Source: a virus (Duplodnaviria > Heunggongvirae > Uroviricota > Caudoviricetes). Taken from it: a DNA stretch of 64,000 bases. The stretch's first letter is position 1. The number at the start of each line of letters is the position of its first letter. This document shows positions 1 through 7,813 of this stretch, one piece after another. Location of the stretch: the IMG/VR virus record IMGVR_UViG_2855308460_000004. One strand, given 5' to 3'. Made by a program: the position numbers and the translations under genes. The notes below the pieces were generated by a model. It ran no database searches and had not been told where the DNA came from. It worked only from the letters and a program-made list of their open reading frames with translations.

Positions 1-20
1 GTTTCCTCAGCTTTTTTGTA

Positions 21-123
21 TAAAAATAAATATTTATATTTTTTCAAAAAAAGGTTAACAAAATGAAAAAATCCATCATAATATATATGTAATAAAAAAA
101 TCACCAAAGCTGTCCATACATGT
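21..123 (+). repeat. Copy A of a ~100-bp conserved module (weaker similarity continues to ~300); second copy at 15996–16092. Contains a sigma-70-like promoter: TTAACA (55–60), 17-bp spacer, ATAATA (78–83)
   Basis: Near-identical direct repeat read in the sequence (…aaaaaaggttaacaaaatgaaaaaatccatcataatatatatgtaataaaaaa…aaagctgtccata…). Both copies lie ~400 bp upstream of a tRNA array. Confidence 0.6.
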
Positions 124-477
124 ATTGTCTCTCCCATGTCATTCTTGACTCGTGATTGTAGCCTAGCAATCATTAAAGGGCAAGATAAAGCTTCCTTCTT
201 CTATATTAAGAAATTAATTTGGTATGGCCTCGGCCATATATGATGGTAGGTATTAGCTCATGTGCTTACAGCTAACTAAAAAAACAGAAAGGATAAACGA
301 CCATGTTAAAGAAAATAACTGTTATGAATCATATTAATGTACCGGCAGTAGCTATGCATAATGATATTATGGATAGATTTTTTGGCATGGATAATTTAAG
401 GATTCGTTTAGTCCGAAGAAAGACCAGTTATATGTGAATTAGTGACTTGATTAGATAGTTATTAATTAACACATATT

Positions 478-506
478 GGAGTCGCTTCGGCGGCTCCATT
501 TTTATT
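478..506 (+). terminator. Intrinsic terminator/attenuator hairpin (ggagtcgc-ttcg-gcggctcc + T-run) just upstream of tRNA array 1
   Basis: GC stem, tetraloop and T tract. Confidence 0.5.
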
Positions 507-538
507 TTACACAAAATAGTTCAATAAGAAAGTTGTAT

Positions 539-610
539 TCCTTGGTAGCTCAATGGTAGAGCGTCCGGCTGTTAACCGGGATGTTGCAGGTTCGAGTCCT
601 GTCCTTGGAG
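539..610 (+). tRNA. tRNA-Asn (GTT); acceptor stem has two U·U mismatches (pairs 4–69 and 5–68)
   Basis: Cloverleaf read manually: D-stem gctc/gagc, anticodon loop ctGTTaa, T-arm gcagg-ttcgagt-cctgt. Confidence 0.55.
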
Positions 611-615
611 CTTAT

Positions 616-689
616 GGCTTAGTAGCTTAGAGGCTTAAAGCGCTGCCCTGTCACGGCAGAGATCGTGGGTTCGAATCCCATCTAAGTCG
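616..689 (+). tRNA. tRNA-Asp (GTC)
   Basis: Acceptor ggcttag/ctaagtc, anticodon loop ctGTCac, T-loop ttcgaat. Confidence 0.75.
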
Positions 690-710
690 TTTGTTTCAAA
701 TAATTGTTAC

Positions 711-784
711 TGGTTGATAGCTCAGTTGGTTAGAGCAACCGCCTGTTAAGCGGTGGGTCGTGGGTTCAAGTCCCACTCTTCCAG
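711..784 (+). tRNA. tRNA-Asn (GTT), second copy; same U·U mismatches at acceptor positions 4 and 5
   Basis: Anticodon arm accgc-ctGTTaa-gcggt, T-arm gtggg-ttcaagt-cccac. Confidence 0.55.
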
Positions 785-788
785 CTAT

Positions 789-860
789 ATCTCCATAGTT
801 CAATGGAAGAGCATTACGTTGACATCGTAAAGGTTGTTGGTTCGACTCCAACTGGAGATA
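789..860 (+). tRNA. tRNA-Val (GAC)
   Basis: Perfect acceptor atctcca/tggagat, anticodon loop ttGACat. Confidence 0.8.
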
Positions 861-864
861 TTTT

Positions 865-941
865 GGGATGATAGCTTACTTGCGGTCCGCAGCACTGGTC
901 TGAAAAACCAGAGGGTGATGGTTCGACTCCATCTCATCTCA
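865..941 (+). tRNA. tRNA-Phe (GAA) with an enlarged 12-nt D-loop (77 nt)
   Basis: Anticodon arm ctggt-ctGAAaa-accag, T-arm gatgg-ttcgact-ccatc. Confidence 0.55.
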
Positions 942-945
942 TTTT

Positions 946-1018
946 GGCTTATTAGATTAATTGGTTAAATCACATGCCTGTCACGCATGAGACATGGGTT
1001 CGAATCCCATATAGGTCG
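946..1018 (+). tRNA. tRNA-Asp (GTC), second copy
   Basis: Anticodon arm catgc-ctGTCac-gcatg, T-loop ttcgaat. Confidence 0.75.
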
Positions 1019-1024
1019 TTTTAT

Positions 1025-1097
<73 letters not shown>

Positions 1098-1101
1098 CTT
1101 T

Positions 1102-1173
1102 GCTGGATTAGTTCAGTGGTAGAGCACTGGTCTGATATACCAGGAGTCGTTGGTTCAAATCCAACATCCAGCA
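1102..1173 (+). tRNA. tRNA-Ile (GAT)
   Basis: Perfect acceptor gctggat/atccagc, anticodon loop ctGATat. Confidence 0.8.
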
Positions 1174-1177
1174 TTAC

Positions 1178-1249
1178 ATCCGCATAGCTCAATGGATAGA
1201 GCATCGTTCTTCTAAATCGACGACAAGAGTTCGATTCTCTTTGCGGATA
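1178..1249 (+). tRNA. tRNA-Arg (TCT)
   Basis: Perfect acceptor atccgca/tgcggat, anticodon loop ctTCTaa. Confidence 0.75.
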
Positions 1250-1254
1250 TTTTT

Positions 1255-1328
1255 CGGAGTGTGCAGCTAAATGGTAGGCAGCTTCCCTTGGAAGGAAGAA
1301 CGTGTGAGTTCGAATCTCACTGCTCCGA
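1255..1328 (+). tRNA. tRNA-Pro (TGG); D-arm pairing poor
   Basis: Anticodon arm cttcc-ctTGGaa-ggaag, T-arm gtgag-ttcgaat-ctcac. Confidence 0.6.
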
Positions 1329-1330
1329 CT

Positions 1331-1417
1331 AATCCAGTAGTATAATGGAAGTCGATTTAATATATAAGTACGCTGGCTTGTCCGTCAGTAGTGCCGGTTC
1401 GATTCCGGCCTGGATTG
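1331..1417 (+). tRNA. tRNA-like 87-nt element; no canonical anticodon arm could be folded (atypical tRNA or pseudo-tRNA)
   Basis: Perfect acceptor aatccag/ctggatt and canonical T-arm gccgg-ttcgatt-ccggc; the interior is AT-rich with no 5-bp/7-nt anticodon hairpin. Confidence 0.35.
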
Positions 1418-1421
1418 TTTT

Positions 1422-1495
1422 GGGATCATAGCTCTAAATGGGAGAGCATTTGCCTTGCAAGCAAAGGGTTGAGGGTTCAAATCCCTCTGGTTCCA
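1422..1495 (+). tRNA. tRNA-Ala (TGC)
   Basis: Anticodon arm tttgc-ctTGCaa-gcaaa, T-arm gaggg-ttcaaat-ccctc. Confidence 0.8.
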
Positions 1496-1542
1496 TTTGA
1501 TGAAGTGGGAAAAGTATTATAATTCCGATTTCTATCAATTTA

Positions 1543-1615
1543 CGGGATGTAGCCTAGTTGGTAAGGCGCGTGATTTGGGATCACGAAATCGCAGGTTCAA
1601 GTCCTGTCATTCCGA
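1543..1615 (+). tRNA. tRNA-Pro (TGG), second copy
   Basis: D-stem gcct/aggc, anticodon arm cgtga-ttTGGga-tcacg. Confidence 0.75.
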
Positions 1616-1666
1616 TTTAATTCCATATCATTACCATAGTCTCAGTGATATGGATTATATTAATAT

Positions 1667-1738
1667 GCCCGCTTAACTCAATGGGAGAGTGCTTCCCTTA
1701 CAAGGAAGATGTTACAGGTTCAAGTCCTGCAGCGGGTA
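1667..1738 (+). tRNA. tRNA-Val (TAC)
   Basis: Perfect acceptor gcccgct/agcgggt, anticodon loop ctTACaa. Confidence 0.8.
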
Positions 1739-1740
1739 TT

Positions 1741-1841
1741 ACGCTAATGCCTATGGCAGCTAATGAGCTGGGAGTAAACGAACCTCTGTGCAAGTACTGG
1801 CAGTCAGAAGGCTAGGAAAAGATAAGTGAAACCATTAGCGT
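1741..1841 (+). ncRNA. Structured non-tRNA insert in the array, closed by a 9-bp stem (acgctaatg…cattagcgt); unclassified
   Basis: Long-range inverted repeat plus internal hairpins (cagc-taatga-gctg). No T-loop consensus and no ORF. Confidence 0.3.
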
Positions 1842-1972
1842 ACATAAGCTCCGTGTAAAACACACCAAATAAACATAAGTCTATATAGCGCTGTCGACTA
1901 CGAAGTAGGTGTGTACACGTTAAGATGGTAATATGTAGCAATCCGGGTTCTTTTCGGAGCTTTCCCGGTTAT

Positions 1973-2046
1973 AGTGGATTAGCTCAGTTGGTTAGAGCGT
2001 TGGTCTGATAAGCCAAAGGCCACCGGTTCAAGTCTGGTATCCACTA
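1973..2046 (+). tRNA. tRNA-Ile (GAT), second copy
   Basis: Perfect acceptor agtggat/atccact, anticodon arm ttggt-ctGATaa-gccaa. Confidence 0.8.
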
Positions 2047-2048
2047 TT

Positions 2049-2215
2049 CTGGATTATTAATTTAAATTGCCCAAAACAAATTTAACGGCAGTGGTGGGCG
2101 AAGAGAAGTCGGTATCCCTCACTGCCATGAGGCCAACCACGTGTCTACATAGGATGCAGTCGCACTTCTGTAATATACCGAGCGTGGATTGAAACAAGTT
2201 GGTTTATTAATCCAG
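2049..2215 (+). ncRNA. ~167-nt structured element inside the tRNA array; closing stem ctggatta…taatccag, internal hairpin ggcagtg…cactgcc (2087–2126); unclassified
   Basis: Nested inverted repeats read in the sequence; no tRNA cloverleaf and no plausible ORF. Confidence 0.3.
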
Positions 2216-2345
2216 AAAATTAATATGTTCCTATGCGAAATAATAATATGGAGTCATGACCATAGGATTATATTCATCACTTTTTCATGTGCAAAAAGTA
2301 GAGAGCGATTTGCGAGAACTGGTGCAAGGCCAGACACGAACCCAT

Positions 2346-2416
2346 GCAGATGTAGTTTAACGGAAAAACGCTGTTTTGCCATAGCAGAGTTGAGGGTTCG
2401 ATTCCCTTCATTTGCT
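2346..2416 (+). tRNA. tRNA-Gly (GCC)
   Basis: D-stem gttt/aaac, anticodon arm ctgtt-ttGCCat-agcag, T-arm gaggg-ttcgatt-ccctt. Confidence 0.75.
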
Positions 2417-2421
2417 TCAAA

Positions 2422-2442
2422 CATCCGGCTCATAACCGGATC
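2422..2442 (+). pseudogene. Isolated anticodon-arm-like hairpin (tccgg-ctCATaa-ccgga); possible tRNA-Met remnant
   Basis: 5-bp stem with a 7-nt loop carrying CAT; no D- or T-arm nearby. Confidence 0.3.
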
Positions 2443-2459
2443 TAAAATGTTTTTCTTAT

Positions 2460-2533
2460 ATCAGTATAGCTCAGCAGGCAAGAGCACCAGACTCATACCC
2501 TGGAGGCCGCTGGTTCGATTCCAGCTACTGATA
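2460..2533 (+). tRNA. tRNA-Met/Ile2 (CAT)
   Basis: Perfect acceptor atcagta/tactgat, anticodon loop ctCATac. Confidence 0.7.
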
Positions 2534-2534
2534 T

Positions 2535-2606
2535 TACGGTGTAGTTCAACGGATAGAACATAGGTTTCCTAGACCTACAATATGGGTTCGATTCCCATCA
2601 TCGTAA
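2535..2606 (+). tRNA. tRNA-Arg (CCT)
   Basis: Anticodon arm taggt-ttCCTag-accta. Confidence 0.75.
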
Positions 2607-2608
2607 CT

Positions 2609-2682
2609 GTGGCCGTGGCTCAATTGGTACAGCAGCGGATTGTGGCTCCGCCATTTTGCGGGTTCAACTCCCGTCGGTCACC
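2609..2682 (+). tRNA. tRNA-His (GTG)
   Basis: Anticodon arm gcgga-ttGTGgc-tccgc, acceptor gtggccg/cggtcac. Confidence 0.7.
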
Positions 2683-2692
2683 TTTATTGAAG

Positions 2693-2718
2693 ACCAGTCT
2701 GTAATGGACTGGTTTTTG
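2693..2718 (+). terminator. Intrinsic terminator closing tRNA array 1
   Basis: accagtc-tgtaatg-gactggt + TTTTT. Confidence 0.65.
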
Positions 2719-2734
2719 CATATCTATAAGTTGG

Positions 2735-3016
2735 ATGGAGTATTATAAAGGAATTACGGAGAAGGATAAACCAATTAATGGAGGATCTTTTGTTACTAAA
2801 ACAGGAATGGCAAATGAAGACCTTAATTTCTGTCCGATTGAAATGGAGGATGGGAATGAATATTGTTTTGGCTTTGTTGAAACCAAAAGTACAAATAGAA
2901 AAGATAAAAATCAATTACATATAGAGAATATAGATGGATGCAGACATTTAGTAGATGCGGATTCTGTAGATGATGTGTTGGTTATAGTCTGTGCATTAGC
3001 ATCTTTTAGACAATAG
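2735..3016 (+). CDS. Hypothetical protein (93 aa)
   Basis: ORF only. Confidence 0.3.
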   Translation: MEYYKGITEKDKPINGGSFVTKTGMANEDLNFCPIEMEDGNEYCFGFVETKSTNRKDKNQLHIENIDGCRHLVDADSVDDVLVIVCALASFRQ

Positions 3017-3125
3017 ACGAAGAATCCTCGTGACTTAAGTCATGAGATGAATTCGTTATGTATTAATTATAGATATTTGGTTGACAACATCATCTTTTTC
3101 ATCATCATATATATGGAGGTGAAAT

Positions 3126-4370
3126 ATGCTATTATCAAAAAGAACAACGATCCACGTATCTGAACACCAAGCAAATATTTTGAACCATATGAATTATGCA
3201 GCCAGTAAGTTATGGAATGTATGCAATTATGAGAAACGAAATTATAAGACTTTGGGCATTCCATATCCAAATTGGTACAATCAGAAATCAAGGCTAAAGG
3301 ATAATATCTGGTTTAAGTCGCTTCCATCCCAAACAGCTCAGGAAATCTGCAACCAGATTGATCAGGCTTTTAAAAGCTACTATAAGCTATTAAAAACAGG
3401 TGGAATCAAGTCTCCAAAACCACCTAAATTCAAGCAGGAAGGGATTCCAATTACTTATATGCAGAATGGGATTGTACATAATAAGAAATCTGCACAGATC
3501 CGGCTAAGTATTCCAAAGAATTTAAAGGTACATATGGCAGAACGGTTTGATGTCCATGATAACTATCTATTCCTGGAAAATAAAGTTTTCCAGGACATGG
3601 AAAACATCAAACAGATCAAGCTATATCCACCTGTAAATGGAGAACTACTGATGATTGTTATCTATGAGATTCCAGAGGTTGGCTGGCTTCCAGATAATAG
3701 CCATTATCTGTCCATTGACTTAGGAATCGAGAACCTGATGACCTGCTATGATAGTTTGGGTAACAGTTTTATTGTTGGAAATAGCTACTTGGAAGTTTCG
3801 CATTACTTTAACAAAAAAATTGCACACTATCAGTCCATATCAGACAGTCAGCAAGTGTCAAAAGGAACTAAGTATCCAAAATCTTCCAAACGCGTTCTGA
3901 AGCTCTATAAAAAGAAGCACAACAGTATTAAAGATGTCCTCCACAAATCAACAAAATATATTGTTGATTATTGTTTGGAACATCATATCTATACAGTAAT
4001 TATCGGTGATATAAAACATATCAGGGACAACAATAGTTTGGGTTCTAAAACAAATCAGGTGTTTCATGCCTGGCCATTTCGTGAAATATATTTGATGTTG
4101 GAATATAAATTAAAGCAGCATGGAATTCGCTTAACAAGGATAAAAGAATCCTATTCCAGTCAATGTAGTCCATTATCAAAAGAAGTTAGTAAACGATATG
4201 CAAATAAGTCGAATCGAATAAAAAGAGGCTTATATAAAGAAGCCGGACATATATGGAATACCGATGCGGTAGGCGCTTATAATATCATGAGACTATACTT
4301 TAAACAGATAGGTCGAGGCAAACAGATTTCTCATCAAAACCTAGGAAGTCCGATAAAAGTAACTGTGTAA
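3126..4370 (+). CDS. tnpB: IS605/IS1341-family TnpB-like (OrfB) protein, 414 aa; RuvC-II Glu and zinc finger look degenerate
   Basis: TnpB hallmarks are visible: RuvC-I SIDLGIENL and RuvC-III NTDAVGAYNI. Where the RuvC-II motif (IxEDL) is expected the sequence reads VIIGDIKH. The C-terminal CxxC…CxxC is reduced to a single Cys. Confidence 0.7.
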   Translation: MLLSKRTTIHVSEHQANILNHMNYAASKLWNVCNYEKRNYKTLGIPYPNWYNQKSRLKDNIWFKSLPSQTAQEICNQIDQAFKSYYKLLKTGGIKSPKPPKFKQEGIPITYMQNGIVHNKKSAQIRLSIPKNLKVHMAERFDVHDNYLFLENKVFQDMENIKQIKLYPPVNGELLMIVIYEIPEVGWLPDNSHYLSIDLGIENLMTCYDSLGNSFIVGNSYLEVSHYFNKKIAHYQSISDSQQVSKGTKYPKSSKRVLKLYKKKHNSIKDVLHKSTKYIVDYCLEHHIYTVIIGDIKHIRDNNSLGSKTNQVFHAWPFREIYLMLEYKLKQHGIRLTRIKESYSSQCSPLSKEVSKRYANKSNRIKRGLYKEAGHIWNTDAVGAYNIMRLYFKQIGRGKQISHQNLGSPIKVTV

Positions 4371-4810
4371 CGAAAGTAGCAGTATTGCTGGCATGAACCC
4401 AGTCTAAGGTAACTGTACCTGCAGTGGCTTAGAAGCTTATGACTTTAGTCACGAGTAGTTCACACGATAATGATTCTAGAGTCTACAATATTTTGGCACG
4501 GTGTAATGATGTGGTATTACTTCCTCATTCTACACGTGTGTCGAATAGGCCATTATGGATGGCACCTAGAAATAAAGGCCAACATTTTGGTTTTGGACAA
4601 TCTGAGGTATGGTACGCAACGGATGATAAAGCGTGCAAGTACGCATATCTTAATAGGATTGTTAATCAAATCCAGAATTATAATGGAGATAATTGGTTAT
4701 ATAAATAAGATATCACAATAATATAAAAAATAATCCTTATATTTTTCAATCTTATTATAATCTCTCATATTAATTGTAATTGGAAATTCGGATAATGAAG
4801 GAGCCAAAAC

Positions 4811-5521
4811 ATGAGATATAGAGGAAGTAAAATAATGAGATTTCGTGAAGGGATTTGTATTAATTGCAAACATGAATTGCAAATAGATACAAATAAAATA
4901 ACATCAACATGTCCTTTTTGTGGTATGTCCTATGATGTAATAAAAACAATCGACGGAAAGAATCAATTATTAGAAGAAAAAAAATATGATGAGTTAAATG
5001 AACTATGTACAGTCATTTTAAAAGGGATTTTTGCTACAATCATAGCCATAATAATCGGAAGCTACATGGTTATGGCCTTATCTCCTAAACAGGATGATAA
5101 TAGTACAGAAAAGCCAACAAATATTGTTGAGTCAACCATATCTGAAAACATAGCAGGAAAAGTAGATATTGGTGATAAAGAGAAGAAGGAAATGGATGTA
5201 GTTGAACCAATAGATGGTAAGCACATAGAAAAATCCAAGAAGCTAGATACTACGGAATCACAACAGTCTGCTGATGTTTTTGAATCAGGAGAAAAAACTA
5301 CAATCTCAAATATAGCTGATAATGAAATGATGTTATTATTAGGCAGAATTCTCTCAATGTTAAAATTTATTGCATTCTTTAATTTAGGATTTGGATTGAT
5401 TCGGCTTATAATTGGAATCGTAAATGAAGATATAGAAGGTGTATCAGGAGCAAGTCTCTTTTTGATACTAAATGCATTTATGTTGCTATGCGTATCAGTT
5501 ATAACACCATTTATAACATAA
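4811..5521 (+). CDS. Hypothetical membrane protein with an N-terminal zinc-ribbon (CINC…CPFC) and a C-terminal TM region
   Basis: Good RBS, Cys pairs, hydrophobic C-terminus. Confidence 0.5.
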   Translation: MRYRGSKIMRFREGICINCKHELQIDTNKITSTCPFCGMSYDVIKTIDGKNQLLEEKKYDELNELCTVILKGIFATIIAIIIGSYMVMALSPKQDDNSTEKPTNIVESTISENIAGKVDIGDKEKKEMDVVEPIDGKHIEKSKKLDTTESQQSADVFESGEKTTISNIADNEMMLLLGRILSMLKFIAFFNLGFGLIRLIIGIVNEDIEGVSGASLFLILNAFMLLCVSVITPFIT

Positions 5522-5602
5522 AAGAGGCAAATGCCTCTTTTTATTATATATGAAATTGAGTTCAACTATCAGAATTTTCCATACTATGAATAATATCTTA
5601 TA

Positions 5603-5782
5603 TTATGTACATTGACCATATAATCCAATGCGGTGACCTATTTTATCACACCAACAAGTTTCAGCTATCATTTCGATCACATCTTCTTCAAAGCCTGGAT
5701 GATCCTCCATTTCAGCGTACCCAAACCGATTCATATAAAGTTCCAATTCGTCTTTGATATAAGGACAATTGATACATTCCAT
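5603..5782 (-). CDS. Small Cys-rich protein (59 aa; CINC…CWC…C)
   Basis: Minus-strand ORF with RBS aaagggag; more coherent than the overlapping + ORF 5633..5827. Confidence 0.4.
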   Translation of the reverse strand: MECINCPYIKDELELYMNRFGYAEMEDHPGFEEDVIEMIAETCWCDKIGHRIGLYGQCT

Positions 5783-5918
5783 AATTCATCTCCCTTTCAA
5801 AATTCTTATATTATTAATATGCATTAAAAATATCAAAAAAAACAATAATACTCTTATTTCAAACATAAAAATCCAATCATACTATATGTGATAAAAGAAA
5901 AGAAGGAGAGAAATATAT

Positions 5919-6440
5919 ATGAAATACTATAGTATAAGCGAAATAAAAAATGAGCTATGTAATCATTCAATTACAAGTGATAAGACGGTTTTTAAAAATA
6001 GTATAAAATCCATTAAGGAACAAAGAAAAAGATTTTACTCAATACTTGTACAGTTAGAAGAAGCGTTAGAAAATCGCTTTAAACAAAAAAGTTTCACATA
6101 TAATAGGTTTGATGGGATGATAGCAGAAGTTTCGGAGAACCTAATCAACAATTATGCTTATATTAAAAAAATTATGGATACTTTTGACGATAATGAATAT
6201 AAAAGATTACAAGCATTTCATTTATCTATTCCAAAGGAACTCCAGTATCAAAAATTGGAAATGTATGAGGACATAATTGATAAAATCAGAGATTGCATAA
6301 CCAAAAATGAGAAATTGATTATTCAAATTGAAGGCATCATTCCTGAAATAATCGAACTGAACGATAGAACTGAAGAAATGTCAGAGTCAAGCAAAAAAAT
6401 AGAAGAACTAGTGGAACAACTAAAATTTTATAAACAATAA
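5919..6440 (+). CDS. Hypothetical protein (173 aa, helical/coiled-coil)
   Basis: ORF with RBS aaggagag. Confidence 0.5.
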   Translation: MKYYSISEIKNELCNHSITSDKTVFKNSIKSIKEQRKRFYSILVQLEEALENRFKQKSFTYNRFDGMIAEVSENLINNYAYIKKIMDTFDDNEYKRLQAFHLSIPKELQYQKLEMYEDIIDKIRDCITKNEKLIIQIEGIIPEIIELNDRTEEMSESSKKIEELVEQLKFYKQ

Positions 6441-6524
6441 AATATTTTTACATACTAGTAACAACAACTGAAGTCAGGATATAATATTGTGATTTTAGTT
6501 AATAAAGGAAAGGGAGAACATGAA

Positions 6525-7706
6525 ATGGAAAACTTTAGCCTGGATTTACCAAAGGTAGAGGATATAAAAGAAAATTTGGAAAAAGAATTAAAACTATCAG
6601 ACGAGAGAGAAATTGTGATTTCTGATGCGGCAAGAGAAAAAGCAGACCAGATTCTTCAGGTTGATGCATATGATTTTTCTAATCGTCAGCAGTTAATTAA
6701 AGCAATTGAGACATTTGGCTCAGACTTAATGGAACAGTCAGAAGAAAAAAACGCAATTTTGGGAAAGCGAATCAGTGAATTAAATCGGATGGGTGGAGAG
6801 AGTCAGGCTGTAGCGAATGGCCTTGATAAACTATCAACAGAAGTGGCTGAATTAAATCCGTCTGGGATTGATTTCACAAAAAATGGATTTTTAGGAATCT
6901 TTTTCAATCCTGTAAAGAAATACTTTAAAAAATATGAAACAGCAGATGTTGTAATCGGGAACATAATCGATGCATTGGAAGAAGGCTCCACCATACTTAA
7001 GGATGATAACACAACACTTGAAATTGAAACAACATCAATGAGAAACATATCAAAACAGTTAATTGAAAAAAGAAAACTAGGTCAGGAATTGGATGACTAT
7101 TTAACCATGCAGATAAACAATATGCGTGCAGAGAATGGCGATAATGAAAAGATTAAATTCATCGAAGAAGAAATTCTATTTCCACTAAGACAACGGATGA
7201 TTGATTTTGGCCAGAAACTGGCCGTGAATCAACAGGGTATCATTGCAATGGAAACAACAAAAAGAAATAATTATGAGTTGATTCGATCGGTTGAAAGAGC
7301 CAAATTTGTAACGGTATCTGCATTACGAACAGCAGTAATTGTTGCAGGATCATTATATAACCAGAATCTTGTTATGTCCAAAATAAAGTTAGTTAATGAT
7401 ACAACGAATGATATGATTGCTACGACATCAAAAATGCTGAAAACCCAAGGTGTAGAAATCCAAAAACAAGCCATTGAAACAAATATAGATATGGACACAC
7501 TTAAGCTGGCAATTACCGATGCATTAGAAGCGTTTGAATCTATTAATAGCTACAAGCAGAAAGCATTACCGCAAATGAAACAAACATTAGCGGAATTTGA
7601 CACCCTTGTAACACAAGGGCAAAAAATTGTAGATGGCATTGAATCATCTGAAAACTTAAGATTAGAAATGATGGGAGATACAAAAGGGAAATTGACGGAT
7701 AAATAA
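6525..7706 (+). CDS. TelA-like (toxic anion resistance family) protein
   Basis: ~390-aa all-helical protein whose size and motif pattern are recalled from the TelA/YaaN family. Start chosen at the ATG with RBS gggag. Confidence 0.45.
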   Translation: MENFSLDLPKVEDIKENLEKELKLSDEREIVISDAAREKADQILQVDAYDFSNRQQLIKAIETFGSDLMEQSEEKNAILGKRISELNRMGGESQAVANGLDKLSTEVAELNPSGIDFTKNGFLGIFFNPVKKYFKKYETADVVIGNIIDALEEGSTILKDDNTTLEIETTSMRNISKQLIEKRKLGQELDDYLTMQINNMRAENGDNEKIKFIEEEILFPLRQRMIDFGQKLAVNQQGIIAMETTKRNNYELIRSVERAKFVTVSALRTAVIVAGSLYNQNLVMSKIKLVNDTTNDMIATTSKMLKTQGVEIQKQAIETNIDMDTLKLAITDALEAFESINSYKQKALPQMKQTLAEFDTLVTQGQKIVDGIESSENLRLEMMGDTKGKLTDK

Positions 7707-7726
7707 TACGATAATTCATAATTTAA

Positions 7727-7748
7727 AAAGGCATTCATGCCTTTTTAT
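7727..7748 (+). terminator. Intrinsic terminator
   Basis: aggcat-tc-atgcct + T-run. Confidence 0.6.
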
Positions 7749-7813
7749 TTTTATAAATAAAATCACAACATACTATAAATGAACTATTACATAAAAGGTA
7801 TAAGGAGATCGTA

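Noticed and set aside
2189-2563. 124-aa + ORF
   Set aside because: It spans the structured element, tRNA-Gly and tRNA-Met; no RBS; translates tRNA sequence.
5062-5565. 167-aa minus ORF inside the 4811–5521 gene
   Set aside because: It is antisense to a better-supported gene with an RBS; no RBS of its own.
5633-5827. 64-aa + ORF
   Set aside because: A minus-strand 59-aa Cys-rich ORF with a GGGAG RBS (5603–5782) covers the same DNA and is more plausible.
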